A stretch of DNA of 64,000 bases, taken from the NCBI GenBank assembly GCA_010093605.1, contig MU004193.1:1692579-1756578 (forward strand), given 5' to 3'. Shown piece after piece: positions 11,879 through 25,298 of the stretch. The notes under the pieces were generated by a model that saw nothing but the letters and a program-made list of their open reading frames with translations, was not told the origin of the DNA and ran no database searches. The position numbers and the translations under genes are program-made. The stretch comes from Lophium mytilinum. Taxonomy: Eukaryota. Positions within the stretch are counted from its first letter, which is position 1. Each line of letters starts with the position of its first letter.

Positions 11879-14291
11879 TCAAGATTCGGCTACATCGAAC
11901 TCCGAGTGCGGGCTGTGGAAAGGAGCTGGCATCGAGGCACTAGAAAGCAGCCTAAGTCCGAGTGATTGTGGATGACCACCCGGGCTGCTGAAGTCATCCC
12001 ATTCCTCGTCTTGTAGATGGAAGTTGGACCCGATGTTGGCAATGTCGTCGAGACTGTTAGCACTCTGAGCTGCTGGCAACGAGTCCGTGTCCACTTGTCC
12101 GACGAAGAGGCGTGGAATACTGGCTTGGTCGACGGGGAAGCCTGGGATCTCTGCATACCCTGGGGTATTACTCAGCTCGGCTAAGAGTACTCCGAGTGCC
12201 AAGCGAGTATGCTGAAGGCGTTGATATCGGTGCCCGCTAGGTTCACTGGCATGGATATTAAGAGAGTCGAAGATTCTGGGAATCAGTTCCCGTATTACCT
12301 GCTCAAGATTGGCATTTCGCTCATCCATAAGGAGGTGGGATTCATGTTCGTGGGATATTAGCAAATCGCGGTCTGTAGCCGCGGGATTTTGGGTCGCGAT
12401 ATTAACTCCATAGTCTGATCCGATTAGTTAGTAGAAAGATGTCATGGATAACGGAAGGTGGGATAGTACAAGGGCTGGGGATTACTGGGTCATCCGGATA
12501 AAGCAACATGTATAGCTGCTTCCACATTTTGGCTTGCTTTTCGCCACGTGACGTTCCGGCTCGAGGGCATCGGGCGGTTGCGAGTGCCTTGCGAAGGTAG
12601 AAGCGTTGAGAAAATAGACGTTGCATTGCCTGCATAAATAAACAATAGTATGGTCGGTCCGTTTCAGATGTGTACTGTGGGCGAATTAGTGAAGTCCTCG
12701 GATCAGATCTCACGATTGCTCATTGATTGATCCGGCCATCTAGCATTCCAATATGACTACCGTAGCTGACATAAGGTAAATCAATCATACTGGAAGCTGT
12801 TTGACTGATTGCTAGCTGCCATTCGTATATCATAAGCATTATTCATGAATAGGCGCTTTGAGACCTGAAACTGAAATCGGTTGAACATACGTGACTTCGG
12901 ACATATTACGAAACCCCTGAACAGAATAGAAACAATCATCTGCAGAATGCTTTTGTCTAGGGCAGGCAAACAACGGAGTCTCAGAGGCACCGGTGGCAGA
13001 TGGGGCGGGTGGGGGCGGGGGCGGTGTCTCCTCTGAAGGGTCGTCGTTGGCCTCTTTTGAGCATGACCCGCTCCCCGGAGATAATAGGCCGCTACGGGAT
13101 CCTCTGAACCCCCCAGGCGAAGAAGAGATGAAATTTGAGCCTGTCCTAGTAGATGAGGAGCTGGATGAGCTGGAGCCTTGAGGACATTGTTGGAATAGGT
13201 AGCTCGAGGGGCATATGCTTGAAAACCTCTTTCCGAAACGTGGCCCGCATAGAACAACAATCAGGCCAGGAACAGAATCAAGTTGGAAAAGGGGCCTCTC
13301 GGAGCTGTTGACGGGCAATATGGATGGTAAATGAACTCCTGGATGGGCTTGATGTATGGCTATTGCTTCAAGGAAACCAGTGGAATTGGAGATTACATAT
13401 CCCATCACGTGCAAAAATGGTGCTGATTTAGCTTGGAGAGATCCCGCTTTTCCTTGGGCCGTGGCAACTCCTCCGGTAAGTAGTAGCGAATCATCAGATA
13501 CGACTGTTTGTGTTGGCTCGATCATAGAAGGCGCATTTGGAGAAGGCGTAATTCGCGGAACCCGATCGATCTTCGGACTCTTTATTATAGTAGACACCGC
13601 TCTGTTAGAGCGGAGAAAAGCCTCTGAAATGGAAGTTATGCTGCTGCCATTACGAGCTAAGCGACCATTAGTCCTAGCGTTGCCATGATTCTACTTGCGC
13701 TGTTAGCTGATGGCCTTAGCCAGGAAGTAAACGGTGCAAGTCTTAAGGGCTATTTGATACCTCAAAGGCAGTTCTCAGTATGGGCTTGGGCTCGAACTCG
13801 CGTTGGAACGAGCCCCCCACAGTACAGCCAACAGGGGTCCATGGCTCCTCTTTTGGTGTTTCTGTCAGCCATCGCTCCATTATATCCATTGACCGCATCT
13901 GCTCCTTGGAGTCTGTCGACCTCGGGGATTGTTGTCTTGCAGGAAAAGGGTCCTAGGATCATGTCAATGAAACTCTTTCGAAAGAGCTTGATGGTCATAC
14001 TACTATTTCTCGACGGCGTACGCTGTCACCGCTTCGTTGAGCGACCATGGTTTTGGATGGGTTGTATTGCAGACGGCTAGTGAAAGCGGTGAGATTGGCT
14101 AATCGAAGTAACACTGTAGAGGCTGGTGAGGATGACACGACGAATCTGAAGTCTGTTGCGACTTCTGGCTGAATGATTGAGCCTATCAAATTTCTTTCTG
14201 GATAGTCGAGCTTGAGCACGGCATCGAGGACGTTAGCCACATATGGGGACGAGACTGCTTCCGGGCACTTTACCAATGACAGTACGAGCAC
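11879..14291 (-). pseudogene. Multi-exon C2H2-like zinc-finger protein gene with an apparent 1-bp frameshift (pseudogene or sequence error)
   Basis: FACPRQKH...C..GFRNMSEV|TTHLKRTDH..CRQC..F....F.RH, then in another frame ..CP..MWKQLYMLLYPDDPVIPSP|YY. Intron 12675-12890 has a canonical gtatgt..cag. The 5' end is uncertain. Confidence 0.6.
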
Positions 14292-15732
14292 GTGACTTAC
14301 AAAAATTTGATGTCACCATAGGGAATTTGGCCACGACTGGACGTATTCAAGCCGGCAAGAGCGGGGCATTATATGAAAAATAATATAAGGCTAGTAGCAT
14401 GAAGGGGAGCGATACAGAGATGGAGAGAAGCGCTCATACCGATGGTGAGGCGGCCGCGGCGCTGAGGCTGACAGTTCATAGTCCGGCAGACGATGCAGGA
14501 ACACAGAATAAAAGCATGCAGAGGAACCCAAAGGGCTGATCATCAGGATGGGGTAGCACTAGGCAGGGGGTCGCCTCAACGTGGAGAGAGGAGGACTGAC
14601 AGCGCACAGCCAGCCATCACGCGGAGCTCACTTGGGCGCAGAAATGCAGAGCGCATCTTGAAGATGAGCCGTAATGCCCGTGTTTCACCCCAATCCCCAC
14701 GAGGTAAGGTGGATGTACAGAAAAGGGAAGGCAGATGAAGTCCGAAGACAGTCTTGAAGACTTGAATAAAACGCGGATGACCTTGGAGAAGACAATTGTT
14801 GAAATCTACAGAACCCCACACGTAACCAGCCTCGTTATGTGCGAGATTGCAACGCGTCTGATGGAGGTCAATGGCAAGCGCGAGATACTATGGGTATGCG
14901 GCACAGCGACGACGATTAGCGGCTTCATGCATAGAATAGAGCCGCAATGGAAATGACTGTGAAGTGCCTATGAGCTGGATCATTCGTATTGAGCTGCAGT
15001 GTCGGTGATACACAGGTTTTCTGGTCCCAACTCCTACTGGGAATGGCCGGCACGACGTTGAAAGTGAGGCAGCCAATGACATGAACCTCGTGTGCTCAAT
15101 AGGGTAGCAGTGAAGACCACGCGCAGGGGCTGACGTCCAGGCCAACCTCGCGGGGCACGGTCGCCCATCATCTCGAGGGCAATGGTCTGGACGAAGGCGA
15201 AGTGACTGGTCAGACGCGCGTCTATCTGGTTGAAGGGACGTGTCGATCCGTTTGAGAGCATTTGGCGCGAGGGCTTATACGGGATAGCCATATTTGCTGC
15301 CAGCCTTGGGGGCGAAGCTGGGCGCAGAGACGTAGAGATGCAGAGATTGCAGAGATGCGGAGATGCAGAGGTATGACCCACGGGCCGCCCGCATTCACGT
15401 GATTAATGAACGCAAGTACTGCTCTACGTCCATCTTCTCAACGCCCGTCAAAGTGATCTTGAATGTATCTAAGAACGCTCTAGTGTTTGATATAAGGACA
15501 TACAAAATACCGAAGAATTGCTCATGCGTGTCGCGCACGTGATTTGTGACTGGTTCCGTCATCGAGCATCGTCCAGCTCTGAAACTACAGTGCGTGGATA
15601 CCCCGAGTACTAGTTCTAAGATTCAGAGCCGATTAGCTAATCAAAGAGTCGTTTTCGTACCCAGCCGTCTACAAACACGCTTCTAGAAAGCTCAATTGAC
15701 GCCGAAACCGCGAAACCTATCCACCGCAACAC

Positions 15733-16716
15733 CTAATAACCCGCCGCATTGAGCTCTTTCTCCGTGTAGTCCCACAGCACATCCACTAGTTTCTCATCCT
15801 GCGCGTAAGCAGATCCTGCATTCTCTTGCGCGGTCGGGACGTAGTAGGCCCCCGTCTTAGCATCCTTACTCGTCGCAGCAAACAACTGCGTCAGAGCCCC
15901 ATGCGCCACGTTCACGGCACTGAACTGAATAACAAACCACATGGGCCATACCAAAATCGGCCAAGACTGACCAGGCCCACGCACAAGTCCCGTGTCAACG
16001 GCTCCTGGATGCACAGAGACGCACCTAATGGCAGGATACCGGGCAGCAAGCGCTTTGGTGTAGAGAATGTTGGCGAGCTTTGATTGACCGTATCGAACAA
16101 AGGTCGCGGTGCTAGCCATGTCTGTCTTGCATTGGTCGAGCACAAGGCCGCCTTTCGGAGCCCACCCATGGCCCTTGGAACTAAGATTCACGATGCGGAC
16201 GTCCGCATTTGCACCCTGCTCTTTCGCAGTCTTCTGGAGCGTTGGGAGTAGCAGCCGTGTGAGAAGTGCATGGCCCATATGATTAGTTCCGAATTGGATC
16301 TCGTAGCCATCTTTCGTTAGACCTGCCGGTGTGGCCATGATGCCTGCGTTGTTTAGGAGGATGTCGAGACGTCCAGTAGACTGTGTAACGGCATCTGCGG
16401 CCTTCTTGACTGATGCAAGGGAGCCTAAATCAAGCTCTAGGAATGTGATCGTAGCGTTGGGGACCTTTTCCTTAATTGCTGCGATGGCGGTATTGGCTTT
16501 GGCTTCTGTGCGGGCAGCTAGATAGATCTTAGAAGGGTTATGCTTCGCCAATTGCAGAATGCTTTCGGCGCCCAATCCTGAGTTTCCTATGCGGGGGTTA
16601 GGAGGCTGTACGTGGAACATGCAAGAGGGTTTCTTGCCTCCAGTGACCAGAATTACTTTGCCTGAAAGGTCAGGAATGTCTTCTGCTTTGAAAGCAGTTG
16701 CGCCGAAGCCAAACAT
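15733..16716 (-). CDS. Short-chain dehydrogenase/reductase (retinol-dehydrogenase/WWOX-like)
   Basis: IPDLSGKVILVTG|GNSGLG, LDLGSLASV, LLNNAG, QFGTNHMGH, YGQSK (YxxxK), SVHPG. One in-frame intron, 16587-16637. Confidence 0.95.
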   Translation of the reverse strand: MFGFGATAFKAEDIPDLSGKVILVTGGKKPSCMFHVQPPNPRIGNSGLGAESILQLAKHNPSKIYLAARTEAKANTAIAAIKEKVPNATITFLELDLGSLASVKKAADAVTQSTGRLDILLNNAGIMATPAGLTKDGYEIQFGTNHMGHALLTRLLLPTLQKTAKEQGANADVRIVNLSSKGHGWAPKGGLVLDQCKTDMASTATFVRYGQSKLANILYTKALAARYPAIRCVSVHPGAVDTGLVRGPGQSWPILVWPMWFVIQFSAVNVAHGALTQLFAATSKDAKTGAYYVPTAQENAGSAYAQDEKLVDVLWDYTEKELNAAGY

Positions 16717-19108
16717 CTTGACGACTGGAATATTGCTTCCAGTGGACCTCAGAGGCGATCGTAGTTGTAAATGTGGACAATGATGCTTTACGCCGCCGAA
16801 ATCCTGAAGCTGCAGAAGAGTTGAGATGGTGGTATGACAGAAACATATATCGACAAATTACAACACCAGGTCGAAAAGAAGTAAAGAAAAGATCGCGGAC
16901 GAAACCGGACGCGGCGATAAAGCTTTCCAGGAACGCCCAGATAGCATAGTAATGGCCAATGAGCGGCAATTGACGCCACTTTCCAATTCCAGATTTCGTA
17001 CGTGACATCATGGATAAAGTCCTGTCAGGAGAATTGTAGTCAAATGATCTGCAAGGACGGGTCTCGGCCATGCAGCTATCCGAGAAGGCTTCGGCGTTCT
17101 CATTGGCGAGAAGTCAGCCATGAACCCTCTGGATCCTCTCCCCTAGATTCCCCACCTCGCAATGTTTGTTACCTTGAACAATCTCGAAAATTCGACATCG
17201 CGATCGAAGATTGCACCTAATGGCTTTAGAAGAAACAACTCCTACCCGCGGACCTTCTATTTATGATTAGTCTAGGGACGATGACGACATATTCTGTGCT
17301 TTGGCTTGCGCTTAATACTAGGCCGAGGGTTCATCAGAATTGAAATCGAAGAATCAGCAGTAGAGCCTCATGACTGAAGTCCTCGTGCTGACTACATCGC
17401 CTGCAACTCTTCTTGTCAAGGTGCACGTTGCTACTTGTGCAAGTTCCTAAAACTTAGAACTCCTTGGGTTCCATGTTTCGTTCTGGACTCGTCCAAGACC
17501 CGAATGTCGGCTGCGACTACCGTGGCATTGTTGGAAAGGCTAGCTCCCGAGCTACGAGCAGATGTAACAAGGCCGACAGGATTCATCGAGTCGTCCACGA
17601 GAGCTCGTATCTCAAAGTCGAAGGCGGCCTGGTATGGAAGCTCTCCGTCCAGTCGACGCACCCGTACGCAACAACTTACGGTATACCCATTGTCCCAGCT
17701 ACAACGCGTATCTACATATAAATGTTTTGTTGCAGGTAGCCCGTATGAGCTGTCACCGAAACTGTGGAGAGAATTCAAACCGTCGTCTACGCTAGGCTAG
17801 TTCCATCCGGATGTTGGTACAATCTGCAAAACTCGCCGAATCTAAAGCTTTCTATACATGCTCATCTTACAGCATAGAGTCTGTCAGAGCTATTATTCTG
17901 GCGCCGAACATGGCTTGAAATAGGCAGGAATCTGTATGGCAAAAGGACGCATCAAAGAGGAGGCTGTTGAGCCAACAAAAACGTTTCCAACGAGCTGCAG
18001 CCAAACGATGAACCCGGTCAGTATCAATCAAAGTCATATTCGTGAGGGAAACCTACAAGGAAGAGAGGATGAAGGACAATGAGACTATAAGTAACAAATG
18101 CCCCTAAGGCAAAGTCTTCCAGACAAAGAGCGAGAGGGAATAGGCAATAAGGAAACCTACGGTAGACCTCTTCAATAGATGAGGGCAAGGTGGCACAAAA
18201 TCAGATTACGACCCTTGGTTGACTTTGCAGAATTGGAAAATGGAAATTTTAAAGAGCAGAAGAACGGGTAAACCATGACAAATGGGACTTTGGATTTGGT
18301 GTTCTCGTGTTTCGGGCTTCGGGTTTGGTGACAGACTGGACGCCGACGGCACCATACAGAACGTTGGAAGCCTGATCGTGGGGCCGAGGTATTATGGACG
18401 TTTGGGAAAATCCCTGCGCTCTCTCCAACCCTGCTCTGCTGATAGAAAACTAGGCCTCCTATCTCGGGGTTTACCCGCCTGTTGCTTCTTCACAGATATG
18501 GAACCACTCAGACAACGCAAAGGAAAGGAACCGACCAATGCGAAGTCGATCTGGTGTGAGCACAACAGGGTCGTGCTAGACTTACCTAGCTGTACCATAA
18601 GCAATACTCACGCCTGTGCAGTCTCCCCTCCTGTACGGGCTGGACAAGGCTCAATTACACTGTAAATCCCTTGTTCCAGCATTGACCTGCGGCGCCCGTA
18701 CAGGGGGTATGGCGACTGTAGAGCTACGCCTTCTCTTGGCCTATGCGTGCTAAGTTCGACATTGATGCTGGGCTGTGCTGCGCGATATCTATTAACGGCC
18801 ATTGGTTACCGGGGTGTAGCTACATACAACCCTGTGACGGATATAAGGAACCATGGGAATCCTCCTCGCAATTAGAATACACTACTCCTCCTTCCGGTGA
18901 AGTAGAAGCTGCGCCATGTAAGCACAAGCTCCTGCGACGTTCGACGACAGTGGAGGCCTAACCCCTAAGTCGAACGCTATGAACTGCCTATCATGCGCAA
19001 ATCTTTGGGGGCCACAGATACCTGTAGTTGAAATAGAGCCCAGCGCCACATCCTACTCCATCTTTCTGCCTAATCGTCTTTCGCTTTTGACCTCTTTGTC
19101 CTAACTCA

Positions 19109-19893
19109 ATGGCGAATTCTAGTGTCTGCTTTTTCCCCAACTCAAATACCGACGGAGGCGACATCAACCCCATATTTGTGCCTTGCGATCCAGCAGCGTC
19201 CGTAAGCGCCTGCTGTGCTGTTGGAGAATCATGTACTGGAAGCGGACTTTGCTACAGTAGTTCTGGCGGCATCTATCGCGGGGCATGTACTGACAAGACT
19301 TGGAAAGACGCTTCTTGCCCACATCTTTGCAATGAAGACAATACGGGCAGAAACTCGGGTATGTGTACTTTGCTATTTGGAGTCCCTGCGAGCTACTAGA
19401 CTGCGTCACGTAGAATCTGACATTACGCTTGGATCTAGGCTCGCAGGATGGTTTCCAGTTCCTTATAAATTGCGAAGGCAATACATTTGTCTGCGGGGAT
19501 AGGACTGAATGCGACAACTCGACCTTCACCTTCCCGCACAACGTTGGCCCGATTATGCAGGTCAACATCACGGGAAACTTCAATCAAAGCCAACTCATCA
19601 GCTCAATACCGTCGTCATCTCCATCGAACTCATCATCGGGAGACTCCGTCGCGCATCGTTGCAGTTCACATTCTACGACGACCGTTGGAGTTGCACTAGG
19701 AGTCGCGCTTGGGGTCTTGTTGCTCTCAGCGATTGCGTGGGGGCTGTGGGAGCGGCGAGGCAGGACTCGCCTTTTAAGAGGGAACGTTGGCGCTGGAGCA
19801 GGTTTTGCGACTGGACACGAGTACGTCTACAAACAAACTCCATTGGCTGAGGTCGGGGATCAAAGACCGGTGTTGGAGATGCCGGGGAGGTGA
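19109..19893 (+). CDS. Cys-rich ectodomain plus single-TM membrane protein (Mid2-like sensor type)
   Basis: CFFPN..PCD...ACCAVGESC..SGLC...YRGACTDKTW...CPHLC; intron 19359-19438; Ser-rich stalk; TM GVALGVALGVLLLSAIAWGLW followed by RRGR. Confidence 0.85.
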
Positions 19894-20715
19894 ATTTGGT
19901 CACTGGTCCGATGTCAAGGGTGGTGAAGCTGACTGGGATGATGTGTTGTAGTATCCCGATGAACTCAAACCACCACGATCGCAAGTAATCAGGGGTAAAT
20001 ATGTGCCTGAGGCATAGTGAAATGTTGAGCGACGGGCTTGACAGAACGTGTGGAACGATAGTTGGTCTCTGTAGGCCCAGGAGTTATCTTTAGAGGCGAA
20101 CGGTTTTCCTATCTTCAATACTTAAATCGAAGTCTCAAGACACTACTGTGCTTTCCTCTGTAACTATCAGGACTTCTCCGAGTGCGAGTAGCTAACAAAA
20201 TAAGTTTTTGCACTTCTGAGCATCCCAGGTTGACTGATGGGCCGAATTGAATCGAAAGAGCACCGATAAACACCTGCTGAAATACTCCTACTCACTAACC
20301 ACTCGGTGGAGATAGCCCACTTTAATAATCGAGTTGTCGAAGATGCGCCTCGACTCATATTTGGTACTGCGCTTTGCTTTTCTCTGTCTTATCGGTTACC
20401 TTAACTTCTTCTTGCCCAGAGTGAAGGTCAAGACCGGGAATAATGATAAGTGCTGTGAAGGATGACTGGGATTTCTTCCTGGGATTCCATCTGCGCAACC
20501 ATCTATTGGCAACTCCGATACTGAAATCTGTTAGACCGAAGATGAGGAAGGAAGATTAGATGATATTGAGATGATCTATCTACGATTGCCGAATTGAATA
20601 TGGCGTAAGCCTGTAGCTAAGTGCTCTACGCATAGAGCGGACGGTCGGTTGGTCACTGTTAATCAGAAAGAAAGACAACAACGTCCAAAAATCTGACTAG
20701 GAGAGTGATAGCCAT

Positions 20716-22254
20716 CTAGCTGTTGGAGAAGGGCAAGATGGCGTCAAAGACAGTAGGCTTCACCTTATCCAACTCCTGCACTGCTTCAATTTCGTCATCC
20801 ATGCTCCCCAGAAATCTCTCCAGGTCCCACTTTGGTTGCCATCCAAGTCGGTACGCATTTATGGGGACAAGTTCTCCACTGGATCAGCTATTAGATATAT
20901 ACGCTAACTTGAATGGCAGAAGGAGCTTACGTAGCGGTGCACATAGCCCGGATGTATAGAAGCGGAAATCCTAGCTCCTCCGCTGCCATCTCGTCGCTGG
21001 GCCATATTTGGGCTTTGGGCTCCAGTACGAGCCCACGCGCATGCAGACCCTCGGCGAGAAGTTCCATAACATCCCACCAAGGTGCTCTATGGGCCATTGG
21101 GAAGTAATAACCGTTCTCTCCGTTCGGGACTGGCTCTTTATGCAAGATCTTCTCCACAAGTAGAGCATAGAGTGCTGTCAAGTCTGATATGTGCACTGCG
21201 GGTGGGCTCTATCACAGCGTTAGTAAGTATGTAAACGGATGACAACGTGCCCCTGATTGAGCCGAGGCCTCATGATGCCGCAGTAATTCAGTGCAGAGGA
21301 CTTTTTCTTCTAAAGAGTGAAGTGAACAAATCAACTCACGCTATCCTTATCGAATTTGTAGACGAGCTTGAGCTTAATGCTGGTCCTGATATACGCTGGT
21401 ATACTTACGGACAGCTTCCGCCACTCGCCACGGCCTCTCCCGTCTTTCATATAGTAAGCCCGGGTTCAACCATTGGTAGGCTCCTCGTGAAAGGTTTTCT
21501 GTTATTATAGGAGTACTCACAGACGGTTGGCACAACGACATTGAGACTCGTAACACCATGCGCTTTGGCTTGTTCGATAACCAAAATGTTCGTCTGGTCA
21601 CTGATTAGAAAAAGCATTCTCGCGATAGAACGACACGGCAAGCTAGAACGTGTTACCTCGCGAACAGGGTGAGAATCCCCGATCTGCTTCTCCATCTCAA
21701 ATATTTGATCGGTATCTTTAACTTCCCCGTGCGTCCAACCACCCTCTGTGGCAAACAGGGCAGTTACCGACGACTATAGAAGGTTAGAGAACTATCAGTG
21801 ATAGATGCTAGATGAACTCACATGGATGAAGACCACCTCCTCTCCACTGGCTTTGCGACGTTGATCAAGAGCTTTGATAAGGTGAGATACGATACGCGAT
21901 TCTATCGCGCTTGCTGTGTGAACAACGACGTCAACTAGGACAATGTGAGTTGCCTGGTCTGATGCGTCGGCTATACCAACGTACTCTCGTTCCGAAGCAC
22001 CGCTTCATTTACAGCCGCTTCGTTTCGGAGATCGACTTGAATCACATTGACGCCCAACTTTGACAAGGCTTGAACTTGGTCTTCCGACCGAACTGCGGCG
22101 CTGATATTTTCCGCCTTGATAAGCCCGTTTGTACGAGATATGAAGTCGGCAAGAACCGAGCCTCCGCTGTGATTGTATTAGCTCGGGGTAGTTACAAAGA
22201 TGGAGGTTCGTACATATAGCCTGCGGCACCGGTGATGAGGATGTTTTGGCCCAT
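20716..22254 (-). CDS. NAD(P)-binding Rossmann protein (NAD-dependent epimerase/dehydratase-like extended SDR)
   Basis: N-terminus MGQNILITGAAGY(IGGSV), later VHISDLTALY...GENGYYF and LGWQPKW...EIEAVQELDK; multiple short introns. Confidence 0.85.
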
Positions 22255-22560
22255 GACGGTTTTTCGGAAAGAAACTTCGGAAATTTGTAGCTATCGCCCA
22301 AGAGCACGCGGGGCTACTTATAGTCGAAAGCAATAGTGTCTGTAGTGTTGGTCTCTTCCCTTGACAAGGCTCCCTTTCGGGCATGCATAGAATAGCTAGC
22401 CAATCAGATTCCCGAGATTAATGGTGGGTAGCGCTTCGTACCCTGGCCGGAATCCCGCGCGAATCCGTCGCTAGCGTGTGCATCAGCTTTTGTTGCCTCG
22501 AGCATCATTTTACTACTATGACACTGCGACCTCTGTCTACTCTGGGCGCTGACTTGAAAT

Positions 22561-25040
22561 ATGGAATCCCGCGGAGAGAATGCTGAAAAACGTTCAATGG
22601 GCGGCCAGGCGATCACCCGTCGCTCTGTGGGTTGATAAGTGATACTCTTCGTCATTGATATGAGCTAATCATTGGTGGTACAGTGTGATCAGTGTCGTGC
22701 ACGAAAGGTAAAGCTCTTCTATTTCGCGCCTATGGGCCGTCGGAGAGAGGAAGTAAGAGGTTAATAGACTGTGTTCAAGTAGACCGGCTGTGACAGAGGT
22801 TCACCTTGTTTGAATTGCATCTCCGCAAGACTGGATTGTACCCACAGCGCGGTCGCGTCCAAAGCAACAAGTCCGAAGCAGAGGGTGCTGATATCAGCAC
22901 AATAGTGAGTAACTCTCAGATATCTTGCATAGTTTTTTCCATGCTGCGGAGGGCTCACATTGTCTTGATCATTCAGCGAACAGAAAATCGACGGCATTGC
23001 GAGGGACATCGACGGTATCAAACTTCTTCTGCAGCAGCTGAACGTCACTCCAGATGAAGCCAATCCCGAAGACGGCTCTACAGGGCATCTCAACGAAGCT
23101 GGTGCGATAAAGGCGCTGATCGGACACCGGCCTGTCTCCGCGTCGGCCGGCGAATCTTTGTGGGGCCATTCAACTCACATTATCGACTTTGTCAAAGCTG
23201 TAGTGGAAGATAGAGGCTTAGGAGATGTCGGACCGGAAGCTAGTGATGTGCTTTCATCGCTAAGAAATCTTATACAGGCTCTAGAAGACCCCGCTGCCGT
23301 CCGTGACCTGTCTTCACCAGAGGTCGACGTCGCAAAATACCAGGCCAAGCCTCCCATGCCCCCATTAGAGGCTGTCGTGGCGGTACTACGGTGGGTTAAG
23401 GGTCGGTTTTCCACTCAGAAATAATGTCACAAATTACCTGACACGAATATCAGATCAGGAGGGGCATACTATAATTGCCTGGATCTCTCGAATACTTCCT
23501 CTTCAGAAGTTTGCCGAAATTTGTCGTAGTGTGTACTTCGCTGTTGACGATTTCCACGAAGTGGACCTCATCCTCGCCAATGGGTACTTGTACTACATTT
23601 TTTCCGAGCATGTTATCTTATCTGGAGTTCAAGACTACAGGAAATACTCTCGACTCTGTCAGGAGAATTTCCACAGCGCTCTTACCCGGCTCCCACTTCT
23701 CCTACCAACATCCATGGAGGTCATTGCGACATTAACGCTTGCAGTACGTATGCCATATTAGGACGAGGGCTGGAGATCTCTCGCTCATCCTCATAGTAGG
23801 CTTTCAACGCCATTGAAAATTCCAAAGCCCCAATGGCCTGGACTTTCATTTCAGCTGCCGCAGATCTTTGTCAGACGCTAGGATATCATCGCCATCAACC
23901 CCGAAGAGAAACTGACCAGGCTCTACGAGCTTCGCAGGAAAATCTCTTTTGGACAGTCTACAGAATTGAGAAAGGACTTTCGCTTCGACTTGGCCGACCA
24001 TCCAACATTCACGACCCTGAAGTTACTTTATCAATGAAGCTAGATGAACCGCGGCATACTAAAGTTGCAAGAATTCAGGGGAAAGCTTATGAACAACTTT
24101 ACAGCCCAGCGGGACTATCCCGACCAGCTGATGAACGCGGTCTTTTGGCTCAAGCGCTGGCAGAAGAGTTGCGAGAAAAGATGAAAGAAACACATGACGA
24201 GGTCTTGGTATGTGGTCAGTTCCTTTGTAACCTTCATATTTCACTGATAAACGATGGAAGGGTGTAATGAACCAACCCAACGAGTGTGAAATGGATCCAA
24301 TGCAAGTCGTTTGGATGCAGTGCGACTTGGTATGTCAAACCTCGATACTAGCTCTGATCCTCAGGGCCAGTCCCGCAGCTCGAGACTCCCCGAGCAGCGC
24401 TTCAGACGACTGTGTTGCTGTCGCTCGCGAAGCTCTGGACATACACGAGCAATGTATGATGTGTGTACGTGGCTGCAAAAACGACCCGCTCATGGAAACA
24501 AAATATCTCAACTGGTGAGTTAATCGTTGCTTTCAGTGGTTTCCTCCTAAGGGGCCAAAATTGGGAATCGTCCCCTGGAATGTGCTTTATTACCGCAAGT
24601 CATCAGGTTTCAAACTAATTGTAGCGAACAGGGCTATTTTGTACGTTGCTTTCGTTCCGTTCAGTATCCTGTTTACCCGTGCGGTCCAGCTTTCGGATGT
24701 CGCCGACTTAGCCCGTTTGAATCGATTCGCGGCGTCTTTAAAGCCTGAGGCAGCTTCTTCGGAGTCGACCACGCACCCATATCGACTGTATAAGCTCCTC
24801 TGCCAAGCTATAGAGCTCTACTTTGGTTCAAAGGGTTTTTCTTCGCCCGTGAACCCGACCTTAGCGAACAATCTGATGGACCCTATGGACGAGTTTGACT
24901 TCGCGGACTATGGGATAGAGATAGGGGCAACGACAGCCGGAGGTTTAGAGGCTGGCGCTCCTCAACCTTCTGGATTAGGTGATTGGTTTTACGGTAATCA
25001 GCAGATCATGAACTTGTTAGATGAGGACTTCATGTTTTAA
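22561..25040 (+). CDS. Zn(II)2Cys6 fungal transcription factor with Fungal_trans domain
   Basis: Spliced binuclear cluster CDQCRARK|TGCDRGSPCLNCISARLDC; middle homology region AWTFISAAADLCQTLGYH...LFWTVYRIEKGLSLRLGRPS; acidic C-terminus. Confidence 0.9.
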
Positions 25041-25298
25041 GTTTCTGCGATGAACGGTTACCTTTTTTAGATACTTGACCGTTCCTATTCAGAGAGATTC
25101 ATGGCCCCGAATGACTTGGGAGGCTTGACCCTAGGTAATCATAAGTAGTGACGCCATGCTTGGCTCAACTTACTTTCCTGTTAAATGCAGCATGAACCAT
25201 TCTATTGCTTCTTTCTAGTTGATGTATCTGGTCAACTTTTTTCGGGTTACAGATATGTCGACTCTATTCACCGAGCCAACCTACTTCCTCTTCGTCAT

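Noticed and set aside
17431..18960. Several overlapping 60-127 aa ORFs
   Set aside because: No motifs and no coherent gene model.
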